Shown here one piece after another: positions 1 to 19,604 of a DNA stretch of 64,000 nucleotides; within the stretch, counting starts at the first letter, position 1; each line of letters begins with the position of its first letter. The position numbers and the translations under genes were made by a program. Under the pieces are notes generated by a model. It saw only the letters and a program-made list of their open reading frames with translations, was not told the DNA's origin and made no database searches. Source of the stretch: the human T2T-CHM13v2.0 reference genome, Homo sapiens; NCBI RefSeq assembly GCF_009914755.1, contig NC_060944.1, one strand, 5' to 3'.

Positions 1-169
1 TTGACACAGGAATGGAAAGATTAATGAGACAAAACTGAATGAAGAAAACAGACAAATACAGATGGGGATTTAATTTATGACAAAGCTTGCATTTTGTATC
101 AGTGGGGAAAGACAAATTATTCAATGAATGACTTTGGGACACCTGAGAAGTGTTCTAAAAATAAAATCA

Positions 170-478
170 GGCCGGGGGGCGGTGGCTCACGCCTGTAATC
201 CCAGCACTTTGGGAAGCCAACGTGGGCAGATCACGAGGTCAGGAAATCGAGACGATCCTGGCTAACAGGGTGAAACCCTGTCTTTGCTAAAAATACAAAA
301 ACAAAATTAGCCGGGAGTGGTATCTGGTGCCTGTAGTCCCAGATATTCGGGAGGCTGAGGCGAGAGAATGGCATGAACCCAGGAGGTGTAGCTTGCAGTG
401 AGAAATCGCGCCACTGCACTCCAGCCTGGGAGGCAGAGCGAGACCCCGTCTCAAAAACAAAAATTTAAAAAAAAAAAA
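170..478 (+). mobile_element. Alu, diverged AluY-type
   Basis: ggccggg start, dimeric body, AluY-type positions (atcctggctaac, tagtccc, gaatggcatgaacc, gcttgcagtgag), A-tail. Confidence 0.92.
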
Positions 479-808
479 GTGAATCTCTACATTATTTCTT
501 TCACCAAAAATCATCTCAAATGGGTCAATGATATAAAGCCTTAAAAGCACTAGAAGAAAACATGGTAGTTTAAAAAAATAACATTTCTTTCTATTAAAGA
601 TCTTTATAAGCAAGATCTTTCTAATCTTGAAATAAGGACTATCTTTCTAAGAAACAGATTATAAATCTTACTGTATTCAAATGTTTCTGTTTGCTTTTAT
701 TGTGGAGAGACAAATGACTAACAAGGTAAAAGTATTTAAAGTTCATGTAATACTACTTTCTCTACTTTATCAAGAACACTTAATTTAAAAGAAACAACAT
801 CTCAAGGT

Positions 809-850
809 GGCTTCATGGCGCAATGGATAGCACATTGGACTTCTAGTGAC
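809..850 (+). pseudogene. 5' half of tRNA-Arg(TCT) plus start of intron; tailless retropseudogene
   Basis: GGCTTCATGGCGCAATGGATAGCACATTGGACTTCTA matches the tRNA-Arg-TCT 5' exon (A box, D arm, anticodon TCT); no T arm or B box; degenerate 19-bp direct repeats at 787-805 and 854-872. Confidence 0.85.
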
Positions 851-921
851 CAAAAAATAAAGATCATCCCAATTTATAAAAATGAGAAATAACTTTAACA
901 TGGTGTTTGTAGGAGGAATAA

Positions 922-1260
<339 letters not shown>

Positions 1261-1647
1261 AATTTAATTTTTTTAAAAAGACCAACATGTAGTACTTGGT
1301 GAGGATGGGAAGAAACAGGATTTTTCAGGCCCTATTATGTAAGTGAAGATCGGTGCACACTCTCTGGAAAGCAACTTGGCAGTATTTATAAAAATATAAA
1401 ATGCACAGAATGATGGTTCTGGCAATCCAACGCTAAGTATTTGTTGTGTAGCATGCCCTTTGTTTGTCCAAAAGTATATGGACAAGGATGTTCGTTGCAA
1501 CATTGATTAGAAAAGACCGGAAACAACCTACATACCTCCTGGTAATAAAATAGTTGAACAAGCAAACAAACATAAACAATCCATACAAGGTTTATGTATT
1601 TCTTACAAACAGGATTTAAATAATTTAATAATAAAGGACATGAGGTA

Positions 1648-1848
1648 CAAGGGTTTGCAAACTTTTACTGTGTAAGGCCAGATAGTAAATATTTTAGGCT
1701 TTGTTTGTGTACCATCTGGCCTCATTAACAATTCTTCAACTCTGCTATTACAGAAACAAATGGGTGTGCCTGTGTTTCCGTATAATTATATTTACAAAAC
1801 TGGATGGCAAGCCAGATTTGACCCTTGGGCTGTAGTTTTTCCACTCTG
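1648..1848. mobile_element. MER58A-like hAT-Charlie MITE
   Basis: caagggtttgcaaactttt...ggccagatagtaaatattttaggctttg matches recalled MER58A. Confidence 0.75.
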
Positions 1849-3207
1849 ATTTAATGGATTTATTTATGGATAAGTGAGTGATCCATACTTATTAATGAAT
1901 TGGATATATAGATTGTGAATTTTATGGATAAATCTTCCATACATGATTTAATTATATATGTTATGTTATCCCTATTATGTATTTTATATACATGGATATT
2001 ATTGAATAATAGTTTCTACAGGATTATACCTTATAGCTGTGAAAAAGAATAAGGTAACCTGCAAGTTATAATACAAAAACCTCCAAGATACATTAAGCAG
2101 AAAACACGAGTAGCAGAACCATGACAATAGTACACTCCTGTTTGTATTTAACAATGTACAAGTTTTATGCAATATTTGTAAATGATGCAGAATTTGTCAT
2201 TACCTCTAGGGAAAGGATTGAGGGACTGGTTTTCTGGGGAAATCGAGAAAAGTTCACTTCCCTTTTATATTCTTTTGTACTCTTTCACTGTGTATACATA
2301 ATTTTAAACTATAAAATACACATTTTTAAAAGAAAATTAATAAAATGTATGGACTAAAAATGTATGGGCAAGTAGATATAACACAATTTGGAAGTTAGGC
2401 TGATGGTCAGCTGGCATCCTGCTAGAAAGATCATGCCTGTTTTTAAAATGTTGATCTATGTCTGGAGCAGTTGAGAAATAACCATTTCTCCGAACACATT
2501 GAAAGTTTCCATCAGCCTGGCAGTCCTAGTGCCACTACAGGAATGAACCGCTCCTCAAAATACCCCAGCACCTGTAGTTTCTCAACAAAGTTTGTAATTT
2601 CACTGAGCTTCTCTTTAGTCACTGAAGCATAATCAGTATCACTTGGCCTACCTGGCCCTGAATTTGTTGGAGTATGAGAGGAGATAACATATCTAAAAGC
2701 ACTCTGCAAAATAGAATCTTTGTGGCCAACATAAGATAATTAACATCTTTTCTTCCCCCCGACTTAGAGCCTGTTGACAAAGCCAATGTGGAGTATTTCT
2801 TCTAGGAACACAATTACTTTCTAACATCCATGCTCAAAACGTCGCCTTTCATTCATACCTCTATTATATCACGAATAATAGCATTGTCTAGTGTGTTGAA
2901 TATGTGTCAATTTCATTTGCTATCCAGAATCCTTTAATTAAAAATGTGGCTTATTTGCATATACTCAGGACCCACTATAATGGCTGATGTAGACACAGGA
3001 TATGTTTGATGAATAAATAAACAGAAAGAGGGTAAAGAAACATAATGAGAGAGATCTACAAAAAGAAATCTGTTTATGTGTTGAAAGGAATATTTTCAAC
3101 TCCACTTCTCAATTGTCTCCAGAGAAACTCAGTGACAGTTTGTAAAGCAGTCCCAGAATAAGAGTGTAATTTATATATCATTGCTTGAAACTACTGATGG
3201 GATTCTA

Positions 3208-3288
3208 ATATACATATATATGTATGTGTACATACATGTATATACACACACACACAGAGAGATATATATATACACATATATCTATATA
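3208..3288. repeat. Compound (TA)n/(CA)n/(GA)n microsatellite
   Basis: Directly visible dinucleotide runs. Confidence 0.85.
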
Positions 3289-3404
3289 ACAAATATTTAT
3301 TAAGTGGCTATAGAAATTGCCTAGATTCTTAGGAATACAATATGAGCAAAACAGTCACTTCTGTCTTGGGGCTTATGGTCTAATGGTTAAGGAGACAATA
3401 ATAA

Positions 3405-3736
<332 letters not shown>

Positions 3737-4009
3737 TGGGCATTCTTTTTAATGAAGATAGATGGTATGGAGGAAATGAGGTTTTATTATAGCATATAAC
3801 AAGGAAGAGTCTAGTTGGTGAGGTATGTCTGGGGGAACGATCAGGGAAGTGTTCCCTGGGGGAGTGACACATGAACTGATAGCCAAAGAAAAGTAACAGT
3901 TGACCAGATCAGGGCAGTGGGTTCTGTCTATAGGTTCATAGCAATGGCCCTGTGAAAAAATACACATGGAGCCTTTAAGGACAATTAGCGCACAGAGAGA
4001 AGAGTGACC

Positions 4010-4392
4010 ATAGATTACTTAGACTGCCATGTGCCCATGAGAGCCCATGACCTCCTAGTCTGTAGGCACATGGCCAGACTACATTTCCCAGCTTCCCTTG
4101 CAGTTAGATGTGGCCACGTGGCAGAGTTCCACCCAATGGCATGTGGAGGAAGTGACCTAACTCTAAAGGAGCAGCTGTTCTTTTTCCATATTCTTTCCCA
4201 TTCAGCGGACAGGAAAAAAATGATGATGAGACCCCGGGGTAAAGAGGAGCCAAAGGATGGAAGGAGCTCAGGACTTCCAGGAAACCTGAACTCACTGTTA
4301 GGGCTGTTGCCTGCGTGAGAAATAAATTTCTGTTGTGGTTGAATCATTATATACTTTTGAAACTATCCCTTCAGCCTGGCCTACCCATACTA
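4010..4392 (+). mobile_element. MaLR LTR (MLT1I/J-like)
   Basis: actacatttcccagcttcccttgcagttagatgtggccac motif and gagaaataaatttctgttgt poly(A) region. Confidence 0.65.
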
Positions 4393-4457
4393 TGAGAGAG
4401 AAGTGTGAGCCAGATTGTGCAGGGCCTTGTGGGTCACATTAAAGATACTGGGGTTTA

Positions 4458-4754
4458 GGCTGGGCACGGTGGCTCATGCCTATAATCCCAGCACTTTGGG
4501 AGGCCGAGGCGGGTGGATCACGAGGTCAGAAGTTTGAGACCATCCTGACCAACATCGTGAAACCCTGTCTCTACTAAAAATACAAAAATGAGCTGGGCGT
4601 GGTGGCACGTGCCTGTAATCCCAGCTACTCAAGAGGCTGAGGCAGGAGAATCGCTTGAACCTGGCAGGCGGCGGTTGCATTGAGTTGAGATTGTGCCACT
4701 GCACTCCAGCCTGGCCGACACAGTGAGACTCCATTAAAAAAAAGAAAGAAAAGA
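4458..4754 (+). mobile_element. AluS
   Basis: Full Alu; TSD aaagata(c/t)tggggttt at 4441-4456 and 4755-4770. Confidence 0.95.
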
Positions 4755-5142
4755 AAAGATATTGGGGTTTCTCCTAAGAAATGGGGAGCCATTGAGGGGT
4801 TTTATGCAAGATAGTGAGACATGATCAAATGTATATTTTTGAAAAGATGATTCTGGTCACTCTATAGAGAGTTATAAATTGCTCCAGTTTACCATTTTAC
4901 TTTGCTAGGTTGCCCCTGTACTAGATTAGATAAGGAAGTAGCAAAACAATAAGATATTTCAGAGATATGCCATAGTAAGGAGTAAATGGCATCAGGTTTG
5001 AAGTAATGGAAAGAAAGTAAGGAATACTAATAGACAAGCAATATTAAAAGTATGAGAATAAAAATTCACAAAAAGAAAAAACCATTAAAGCATTTTCTAA
5101 AACAAAAAGTAGAAGCAAGTACAGTCACAATGAGCAAAGAAG

Positions 5143-5383
5143 GCAGCAGAAAGCACTGTTACAAGAATCATGGGATTTGGAATCAGAGCACAGCTCTGCC
5201 ACTCACCAGCTTTATGCTGCTGGGAATATTACCTAGATTCTCTAGTCTTCAAGTTTCTCCATCTGTGGAATGGGGACAATAGAATTTATGTTGCAGAATT
5301 TCCATTAGGACACAATGAGGCGATGCTATCAATTGTGCAGTAGTGCCTGGCATGGAGCCAGTGCTCATCAGTGTTAGCTGTTA
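5143..5383 (+). mobile_element. MIR
   Basis: MIR core (agtttctccatctgtggaatggggacaata) and 3' tagtgcctggcatg...tgttagctgtta. Confidence 0.7.
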
Positions 5384-5599
5384 CGAGTATTCAGAGCCAG
5401 CGTGGGAATGAGTGGGTTGGATATCATAGGAAATGGACATGATCTAAAAAATCATATGGGTTCCCAAGATTGAAATCAAGGCAGATGATAAAATATTTTG
5501 GAAAATCATGAAAACATGCTATCTATGAAAACTGGGGCCATGACAAGGAAGCAGGAGAAAAGAAGTTCATCCCACTGAGAAGTAAAAGTCCTTTTATTT

Positions 5600-5790
5600 A
5601 GGATCCATCAACCTCAGCAATATTGACAATGTCAGCCAGATAATCTTTTGTTGTACAGGCTGGGGGAAGAGGCTGTCTGTGAATTACAGGATGTTGACCA
5701 GCATCTGGGTCTCTATCCACTAGATGCCAATAACATCTCCCTCTTCAGTTGTGACAACCAAAAATGTTTCCAGGAATTGATAAATGTCTT
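5600..5790. mobile_element. MER20 (hAT-Charlie)
   Basis: caacctcagcaatattgac...ccactagatgccaa...gttgtgacaaccaaaaatgt. Confidence 0.75.
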
Positions 5791-6224
5791 CCTCTCTTTT
5801 TTTCATTATTTTTCACCAGGGATATGAAAAGAATTAGATGGATACAATGCTCCCATTATAAAACTTGCATCCAAGAGTTTATATTATCTTTTTCTCACTA
5901 GTCTGCTCTTGGTCTCATGGGCATAGTGTCACTAAAATATTTAAAGGCAGGTGGGAGAGCTCGATTACTTGAACAGAGTATATTAGGTTTCAATTTTTCT
6001 TTTATCTCTTTATTGAAAAAAAATAGTACATTTTTAAGACTGCTGCAGAATAAGTACTGAGACAAACGTATGTGACATCATTTGCATTCTGGTTGCCTGA
6101 ACCATTAAAAGATAGTTCTACGGCCACCATTCTGAGAGGCTGACCTTGAAGTCTTAGAGACCTATGTCCAAGGCCTGGTGCCCAATTACTTCCTGACCTT
6201 ATGTACTTGTCTTTTAAACTCCTG

Positions 6225-6870
6225 AATTTGTTTTCTATCCTGTGTAACAAACTACTACAAACTTAGCTGCTAAAAACAACATCCATTTATTATCTCATGG
6301 TTTTTTAAGTCTGGAGGTAGCAAAACCTAGTGGGGGTGGGGGTGAGGGGGTGGTCTCTCTGGGTTCTCTACTCAAGTTCTCACCAAGCTGAAGTCAAGCT
6401 GCTGGCCAGGCTATAGTCCTATCTGAAGGCTCTGGTGTAGAATCCACTTGCACGCTTATTCAGGCTTTTGGCAGAAATCAGTTCGTTGTGGTTTAAGGAC
6501 TGAGGTCGCCTTTCTTTGCTGCTAACTGTTGGCCAGGAAGTACTGTCAGCTACTACATGGTACTTGCTGGTCCTTGCACATGACCCCCTCCACCTTCAAA
6601 CCAGGATTGACACAGTGTGTTGAGTCTTTCTTGAAGACTTTTGAACATCTGACTTCCCATTCTGCCACTAGCCAGTTAAAATTCTCTAATTTTGAAGGAC
6701 TCACCTGGTTGGCCAAACCCACCCAAATAATCTCCACATCTTGAAGTCAACTGACCCAGGACTTTACATATGCAAAATCCCTTCACAGCAGTACCTAGAT
6801 GAGTGTTTGCTTGAATAACTGGGACACAGGAATCTTGGGGGAGCCATCTTTAGAATTCGACCTCCTACAA
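6225..6870 (-). mobile_element. MaLR LTR (MLT1E-family)
   Basis: gtaacaaactactacaaacttag...tttattatctca and gcaaaatcccttcacagcagtacctaga...gccatctttagaattc. Confidence 0.7.
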
Positions 6871-8009
6871 CCCTTCTGGAAATCTGAGAGTGAGTCAGGG
6901 GAAGAAACCCTGTCTTTTGTAGTTTCCTTTTAGGGCTTTCTACTTTGCTCAAAGTTGGGCACTATTTCACTTCAGTAGGGTCCTGCAAGCCCCATGAGGG
7001 TAGTGAGTGCTGTCCTAGGAAACAGTAACTTAACCCTGATACCCATTTGTCCAAGAACTCTAAACAGGCTAAACATAAGAGTGTTGAATTCATAAGTGAA
7101 TTCATTTATGAAAAATTTTATTGTTTCCGTGAAATGATTTAATATTTACTTTGTTTTCTTTTATTGGAGTTTTAATTTAGTGGCAACAGATAGTGAAGTC
7201 TCCATGCCCTGCATCCGACCGTGACATCCCAATCATTGCTAGGAGCTGGATTATAGGCTTCACAAAAGTGAGGGGGTAGAAATATTTTAATTTTGTTTTT
7301 AATTACACAATAACAAAAGCTATTACAAACCAGGAAAGAATACCTTAAAATTAATTATCAGCCAGAATAAGTTTCTCAGAAAGGCCTTTCAAAGCTTAAT
7401 CAAGATAAAATGAAAAGAACATAAAATTAAATTTTAAAAAAAAATCTACTAAAAGACAAAATAATTCAGAGAACATGAAAAAAATAACTTATGAGAGAAT
7501 AAGGGCTCCAAATTAGATACTTCTCTTGAATCATTGTCAAGGACACATCCTACTTGAATTATGATCAAAAACCCATATCAATCTCTCTCTACCAGAAAAT
7601 GAAAAAGAATGACTGAAGTTCTCTTTCGCCTTCCAGATATGACTCAATTCCCAATTTTATGACAACTTTCATGCTGTTTTATAAAATACCAGATGAACAA
7701 ATCAATGTCAACTTGTGAACAGACAGTCTGGGTGTGAGCCAGGTATTTGATGCCAGTCTTAGATTCATGCATTTGAAGATTCTCTACCTTCTAGGAAACA
7801 CCACTAACCTCAAGGATAGAATACAGACATTGTCATTCTATTTAAAAAAAAAAAGGCTCTTAAGCGTATTTATAAGTTAGTATGTACCCCAAGATTATTA
7901 ATTTCTCTTAAGTCAAAAAGAATCTCTTCAAATGAGACACTCCTTTAAATTTACCAAATTACCCACTTAGCATCAGGTGATATAATAAACATCCATATTG
8001 TTTGTTAGT

Positions 8010-8580
8010 TGACCTTCCCAGTTAACATGTTCTCTTCTTCTCATAACAGCATTCGATTTTTCAATGGAGAAACTTTCTCCCTTCTTCCAATCCATTTGCC
8101 TTAGGAGAGAGGACAATGAGCCCATTTCCTAGTTCTGCTGAAAAAAATATATATGATACAGGCCAGGCAGATGAGAACATTGGCTACCCTAGTCTCAGTA
8201 ACTGGTTCAAGAATAGACTAATAAAATCAGCCAGGCCAACATGACAGATATCTTGGAGCTTTGTTAAAACTGTTGATAAACGAAGGCTTTACCATGAATG
8301 TTGTCTAACTGGTAGAAGGGAACCCTAGGTCTGCTGGTATCATCTTGCCACTGTGAAGAAAGAGGCTTCCTGGGAATGAAGCCAATCCAAAGAAATGCAG
8401 AGCCAAGGGATAGAGAGAGAAAAGGTCTTGGAACCATTGTTTGAGCACCTGGATCCAGCTTCACTTGAGCCCATTACACATGTAATTGTCATTTACATGA
8501 TAAAATTGATTCACTTTTTGCATTGAGTCAGTTTGAGCTGGGGTTTTTTTTGTCATGAAACCACAGAGTTATGACTAATC
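8010..8580 (+). mobile_element. MaLR LTR (MLT1K/L-like)
   Basis: gaatgaagccaa...cattgtttgagcacctggatccagc...cagtttgagctgggg...gactaat. Confidence 0.6.
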
Positions 8581-9631
8581 ACTTTGTCTGGAAAGACCAT
8601 CACAGCTGCTATATACCACTATTCTCAGTGTTTTCTTTGTTTGTTTGTTTTTGTTTGTCTTCTTCTTCCTCCTCTGCTTTTTCTATACAAACTATGCAAG
8701 CTCCCCACTCTGGGCTTGGTTCACTCACTCCCACCAATCTGAAATACCCTCTGTTTCACAGCCCATATTAAGTTCCAATCCCAAGAAGCCATTCCAATCT
8801 GCTCTAACCCCTGTTGCAAACCACACCACTTGTTGTTACACCATCTTATGTTGTTCGTGTGCCAGTTATCTATCAGCAAGTTTTGTCCCCAAATGCCCTC
8901 CAGGATCCTAGAATAAAATGGTTCTCCATCAATCCCCATAGTTTTAACACAATGTTCAGCTCAAGTATCCAGCACCTCTCACCCCTGGGCTGCTGATAAA
9001 GCTTCCTACATGAACTATCCATGCCCACACTGCCCTCTTTACTCTGTTCTTCTCCTCAGCTTACAGACATGCCTGCTGGAAACGCTTTGGTACATTTTGG
9101 ATGTTCCAGGGATCATATCCAAATGCTGAAAATGGTCTCCAAAGCTCTACGGGTGTGGTCTACCGAGCTCCCCTCCTGCTTTCTCTCTCTGCTCCAGTCT
9201 CACCCAAGATCTTCAATCCCCACCACTTGCCATGCTCTCCTATCACAGGACAGTACATGCTGCCCACTTTCCCCTTAGCACTTGCCTTACCTTTCTTTTC
9301 CTAACTCATGCTCATTTTTTAGACTTTAGCACAATCTTCATTTCCATGGGGTAATTTCCATAACTCTATTGATCAAATTACCTTCCCCCTACTATTATTA
9401 TAAGCTTTCCTGGCTCCATGACCACTCTTTCACTGTATTTTCAAATTTAGCATTATATACAGTAATATAAATACATACATGTATGGGTATTTTGTTAATG
9501 TCTCTCCCTACTTTATGATAAGCCCCATGAAATTCAGCACCATGACTATATTTTCTCACCATTGCATTACCAGCACCTGGAACAAGTAACATCCTTCATA
9601 CGTAGTGGGCACTTAAATAGAAATTGGTTGA

Positions 9632-10018
9632 TACCACCATAAAAAAGAATGAGTTCATGTCCTTTGCAGGGACATGGATGAGGCTGGAAACCATCATTCT
9701 CAGCAAACTAACACAGGAACAGATAAACAAATGTTGCATGTTCTCACTCATAAGTGGGAGTTGAACAATGAGAACACATGGACACAGGGAGGGGAACATC
9801 ACACACCGGGGCCTTTTGGGAGATGGGGGGTAAGGGGAGGGAGAGCATTAGGGCAAATACCTATTGCATAAGGGGCTTAAAACCTACATGACGGGTTGAT
9901 GGGTACAGCAAACCACCATGGCACGTGTATACCTACGTAACCCAAACCTGCACATTCTGCACATGTATCCCAGAACTTAAAATTTTGAAAAATATATTAA
10001 ATTGCTAAGACAAAAAAA
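9632..10018 (+). mobile_element. 5'-truncated L1PA (about L1PA8-10) 3' end inserted in an L2 tail
   Basis: L1 3' UTR text; TSD agaaat(t/c)ggttga at 9619-9631 and 10019-10031. Confidence 0.9.
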
Positions 10019-10791
10019 AGAAATCGGTTGAATAAATAAATCATATAGTTGGAATAATGCAAGTATTGCTGGGTAGATGGAAGTGTGGACAGAAAGAAAA
10101 ATGATGGATAGGAGGAAGAATAGAGGAAGGATGGATGAATGAAATCGTGGTTGGATTCATTTTTATCCTCCATGTAGGAAAACGTGTGTTTTTCCTACAA
10201 TTTAGAAACTCTGTAAACAAGTAAAATTCTTAAGAAACTGTCACAGACTTGTCTATAAATACAAGCTCTTAGATGAGACACACTAGTTGCAGAGACCTAA
10301 ACTGAGAGCAGGACAACCTGTTAAACAATAGAAAGCTTGAGAACCACAGGGAAGCCTGGAATCATTGATTATTTTGCCCTGTGAGTGACAGTCACCAACC
10401 ATGTAATTTTGATACCTACTGCCCCAATTCTGTAATTGAGCTACATGTTTGCTTCTAGCCAAAATAGCAGCTAGACAAAGAGTATTTATATTATCACAGA
10501 GGCTTTTCTTGTAGATTTCTAAGGCGCTGAAGTAATATTTTATTAATATACATTTTCTTTGTGTGAAAAGTAATAAAGTTTCACAGGCTCAAGGCATTTA
10601 AAAACAACCATTTCATTATGCCTTGTCTCTATCCAGGTAAGTCAAGCTATGGCGAAAATGGAGAAATCTACAAAGGTAAAACATTTTATTCTTACAAGTC
10701 ACGTCACCTATGGATGAGTTCCTATGCATGTATGAAAACACACATGGATGGTGAAGATTTGGATTTTTTCACATAAGAGTTTAGCTGTTTA

Positions 10792-11111
<320 letters not shown>

Positions 11112-11334
11112 CTAAACCCTTACAGCATGGAATATGCACGACAGCCCTGAAAGCTAGGTATTATTTTAACCCAGGACTCTCCCTACCCTAAACTTAAAAT
11201 CATGGTGATTCTCACCTATGAGGTACATCAGAATCAACTGACCACAAGTACTAAAAGATTCCTGCGCCCCATCCCCATAGGATGTTGTTCATTAGGTCTG
11301 GAGTGAAATTCTCAAACTTGTAATTTTTTTTAAC

Positions 11335-11636
11335 TTTTTTTTTTTTTTTTTTTGAGACACAGTCTTGTTCTGCTGCTCAGGCTGGAGTGCAGTAGCACAA
11401 TCATAGGTCACTGCAGCCTTGAACTCCTGGGATCAAGTGATCTTCCTGCCTCGGCCTTAGCTAGGAAGATATCACTACACTACACACCACTGTGCCTAGC
11501 TAATTTTTTAAAATTTGTTTAGAAACAGGGCTCACTATGTTGTCCAGGCCTGTTTTGAACTCCTGGGCTCAAGCAATCCTCCCAGCTCAGCCTCCCAAAG
11601 TGCTGGGATTACAGGCATCAGCCACTGCACCTGACC
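11335..11636 (-). mobile_element. AluJ (adjacent to a MER5-like fragment at ~11200-11330)
   Basis: J-type positions (cactgcagccttgaactcctggg, cactatgttgtccagg, ctcctgggctcaagcaatcctccc). Confidence 0.9.
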
Positions 11637-12301
11637 TGAAAATATTTTTAAAGTGAGTCAGTTCTATTCAAGTATGGTCTGTCTATGAAATGGCATGCTA
11701 TGGAGACTGAAAATAGTGTGAAACCTGCGTGTACATTGGTGTGGATGGAAACAATATGATGTTGAATGAATGAAGGCTATAAGATGGTCTCATTTTAATT
11801 AAATGTTTCACATACACATTTATATATACATATATTCACATGTCTGTCTTTGCTTTATGTGCAGGAAAGGGGTGGAAAGTGGGTATGACAAAGGCATTAG
11901 CAGTGGCTATCTTTGAAGAGGCTTACTACTTTTGTATTTTTGCTTGACAACAATTTCTGACTTTAGTTGGACACACATTGTGTTATCATAAGGGGAAAAG
12001 CAGAAATGAAAAACACCATAGGAAGAAAAATCAGTCAATGTAATCAAGCCGTTAGTCAATTCGTTAGGAAGGAAAGTTAAAAGAGCCAAATCAATGGGCA
12101 TCATTTAAAGATAACAACCTGTTCGCTGCTTTGACCAAATATTTTAAAGGTACTGCTTTGACATTTTATTCCAATTTTGATGGTTTTTATTATATTTTAA
12201 TAAGTACATATTTACTTGTCCTGTGAGACAAGCACTGTACTAGATGGATGTGTTATAAGAGAAAACCGAGGAGATACGAATCTTCCGAATTTATGTGCTT
12301 T

Positions 12302-14897
<2,596 letters not shown>

Positions 14898-15104
14898 TAT
14901 AGAGGTTGTTTTATAATGCATATACTTTTATTTTTTTCTCAAATGTAAACACTTTTTGAAAAAAAATTCAAATGAATCAAAACAAAATTCTAACAAACAA
15001 AAACCATAACAAAGAAAGTTAAGCTTTTGAAATCTTACCATTCCAAGACAACCCCAGTAAACTTTTTGGTGACATCCTGTTAGCTGTTTTTATATAAGTA
15101 TTTT

Positions 15105-15213
15105 CGTGACCAACCAACTTTATTAATCCAGGACTGACAGACTTCTCTAAACTTGGGCCTTTTGGTACTAAACCACGGACAGTCCCAGGCAAACTAGGAT
15201 GCTGGTTGCCCTA
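15105..15213. mobile_element. MER81-like hAT-Blackjack MITE (degenerate)
   Basis: gtgaccaacc...ggacagtcccaggcaaactaggatgctggttgcccta. Confidence 0.65.
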
Positions 15214-15700
15214 GATGTAGATGTAGGTTTATATTACCATTTCAATGGTGTCATACTACAGAGTGTTTCATTATGTGGATTTGCCATAACTCATTTAAGC
15301 AGAATCACTAGTGGAGATTTAGGTTGTTTCTAATTTTATTTATTTATTTTTTTAATTTGGCTGAATAAGTCTTTAATAAATATGTGTGACTTTCAGTAGA
15401 AAAACAGTCAATACAGATGCTTGTTGGAACCCAGGAACCACTATTTACTACTTGTGCAGTACTAGGAAAGTTAATATATTTTTTATTTTATTATTATTAT
15501 ACTTTAAGTTTTAGGGTACATGTGCACAATGTGCAGGTTAGTTACATATGTATACATGTGCCATGCTGGTGTGCTGCACCCATTAACTCTTCATTTAGCA
15601 TTCGGTATATCTCCTAATGCTATCCCTCCCCCCTCCCCCCACCCCACAACAGTCCCCAGAGTGTGATGTTCCCCTTCCTGTGTCCATGTTTTCTCATTGT

Positions 15701-19539
<3,839 letters not shown>

Positions 19540-19604
19540 TTATTTTGCTCGTTACTTGATGCAGATTCTTCCTAGTCTCGATGGTCTTTACAATTTGGCA
19601 TGAT

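Noticed and set aside
2652-2703. Possible 52-nt minus-strand exon (ttttgcag acceptor, gtagg donor) within ORF 2512-2709
   Set aside because: Splice-like signals this weak are common by chance. There is no partner exon or recognisable protein, and it would need RNA-seq support.
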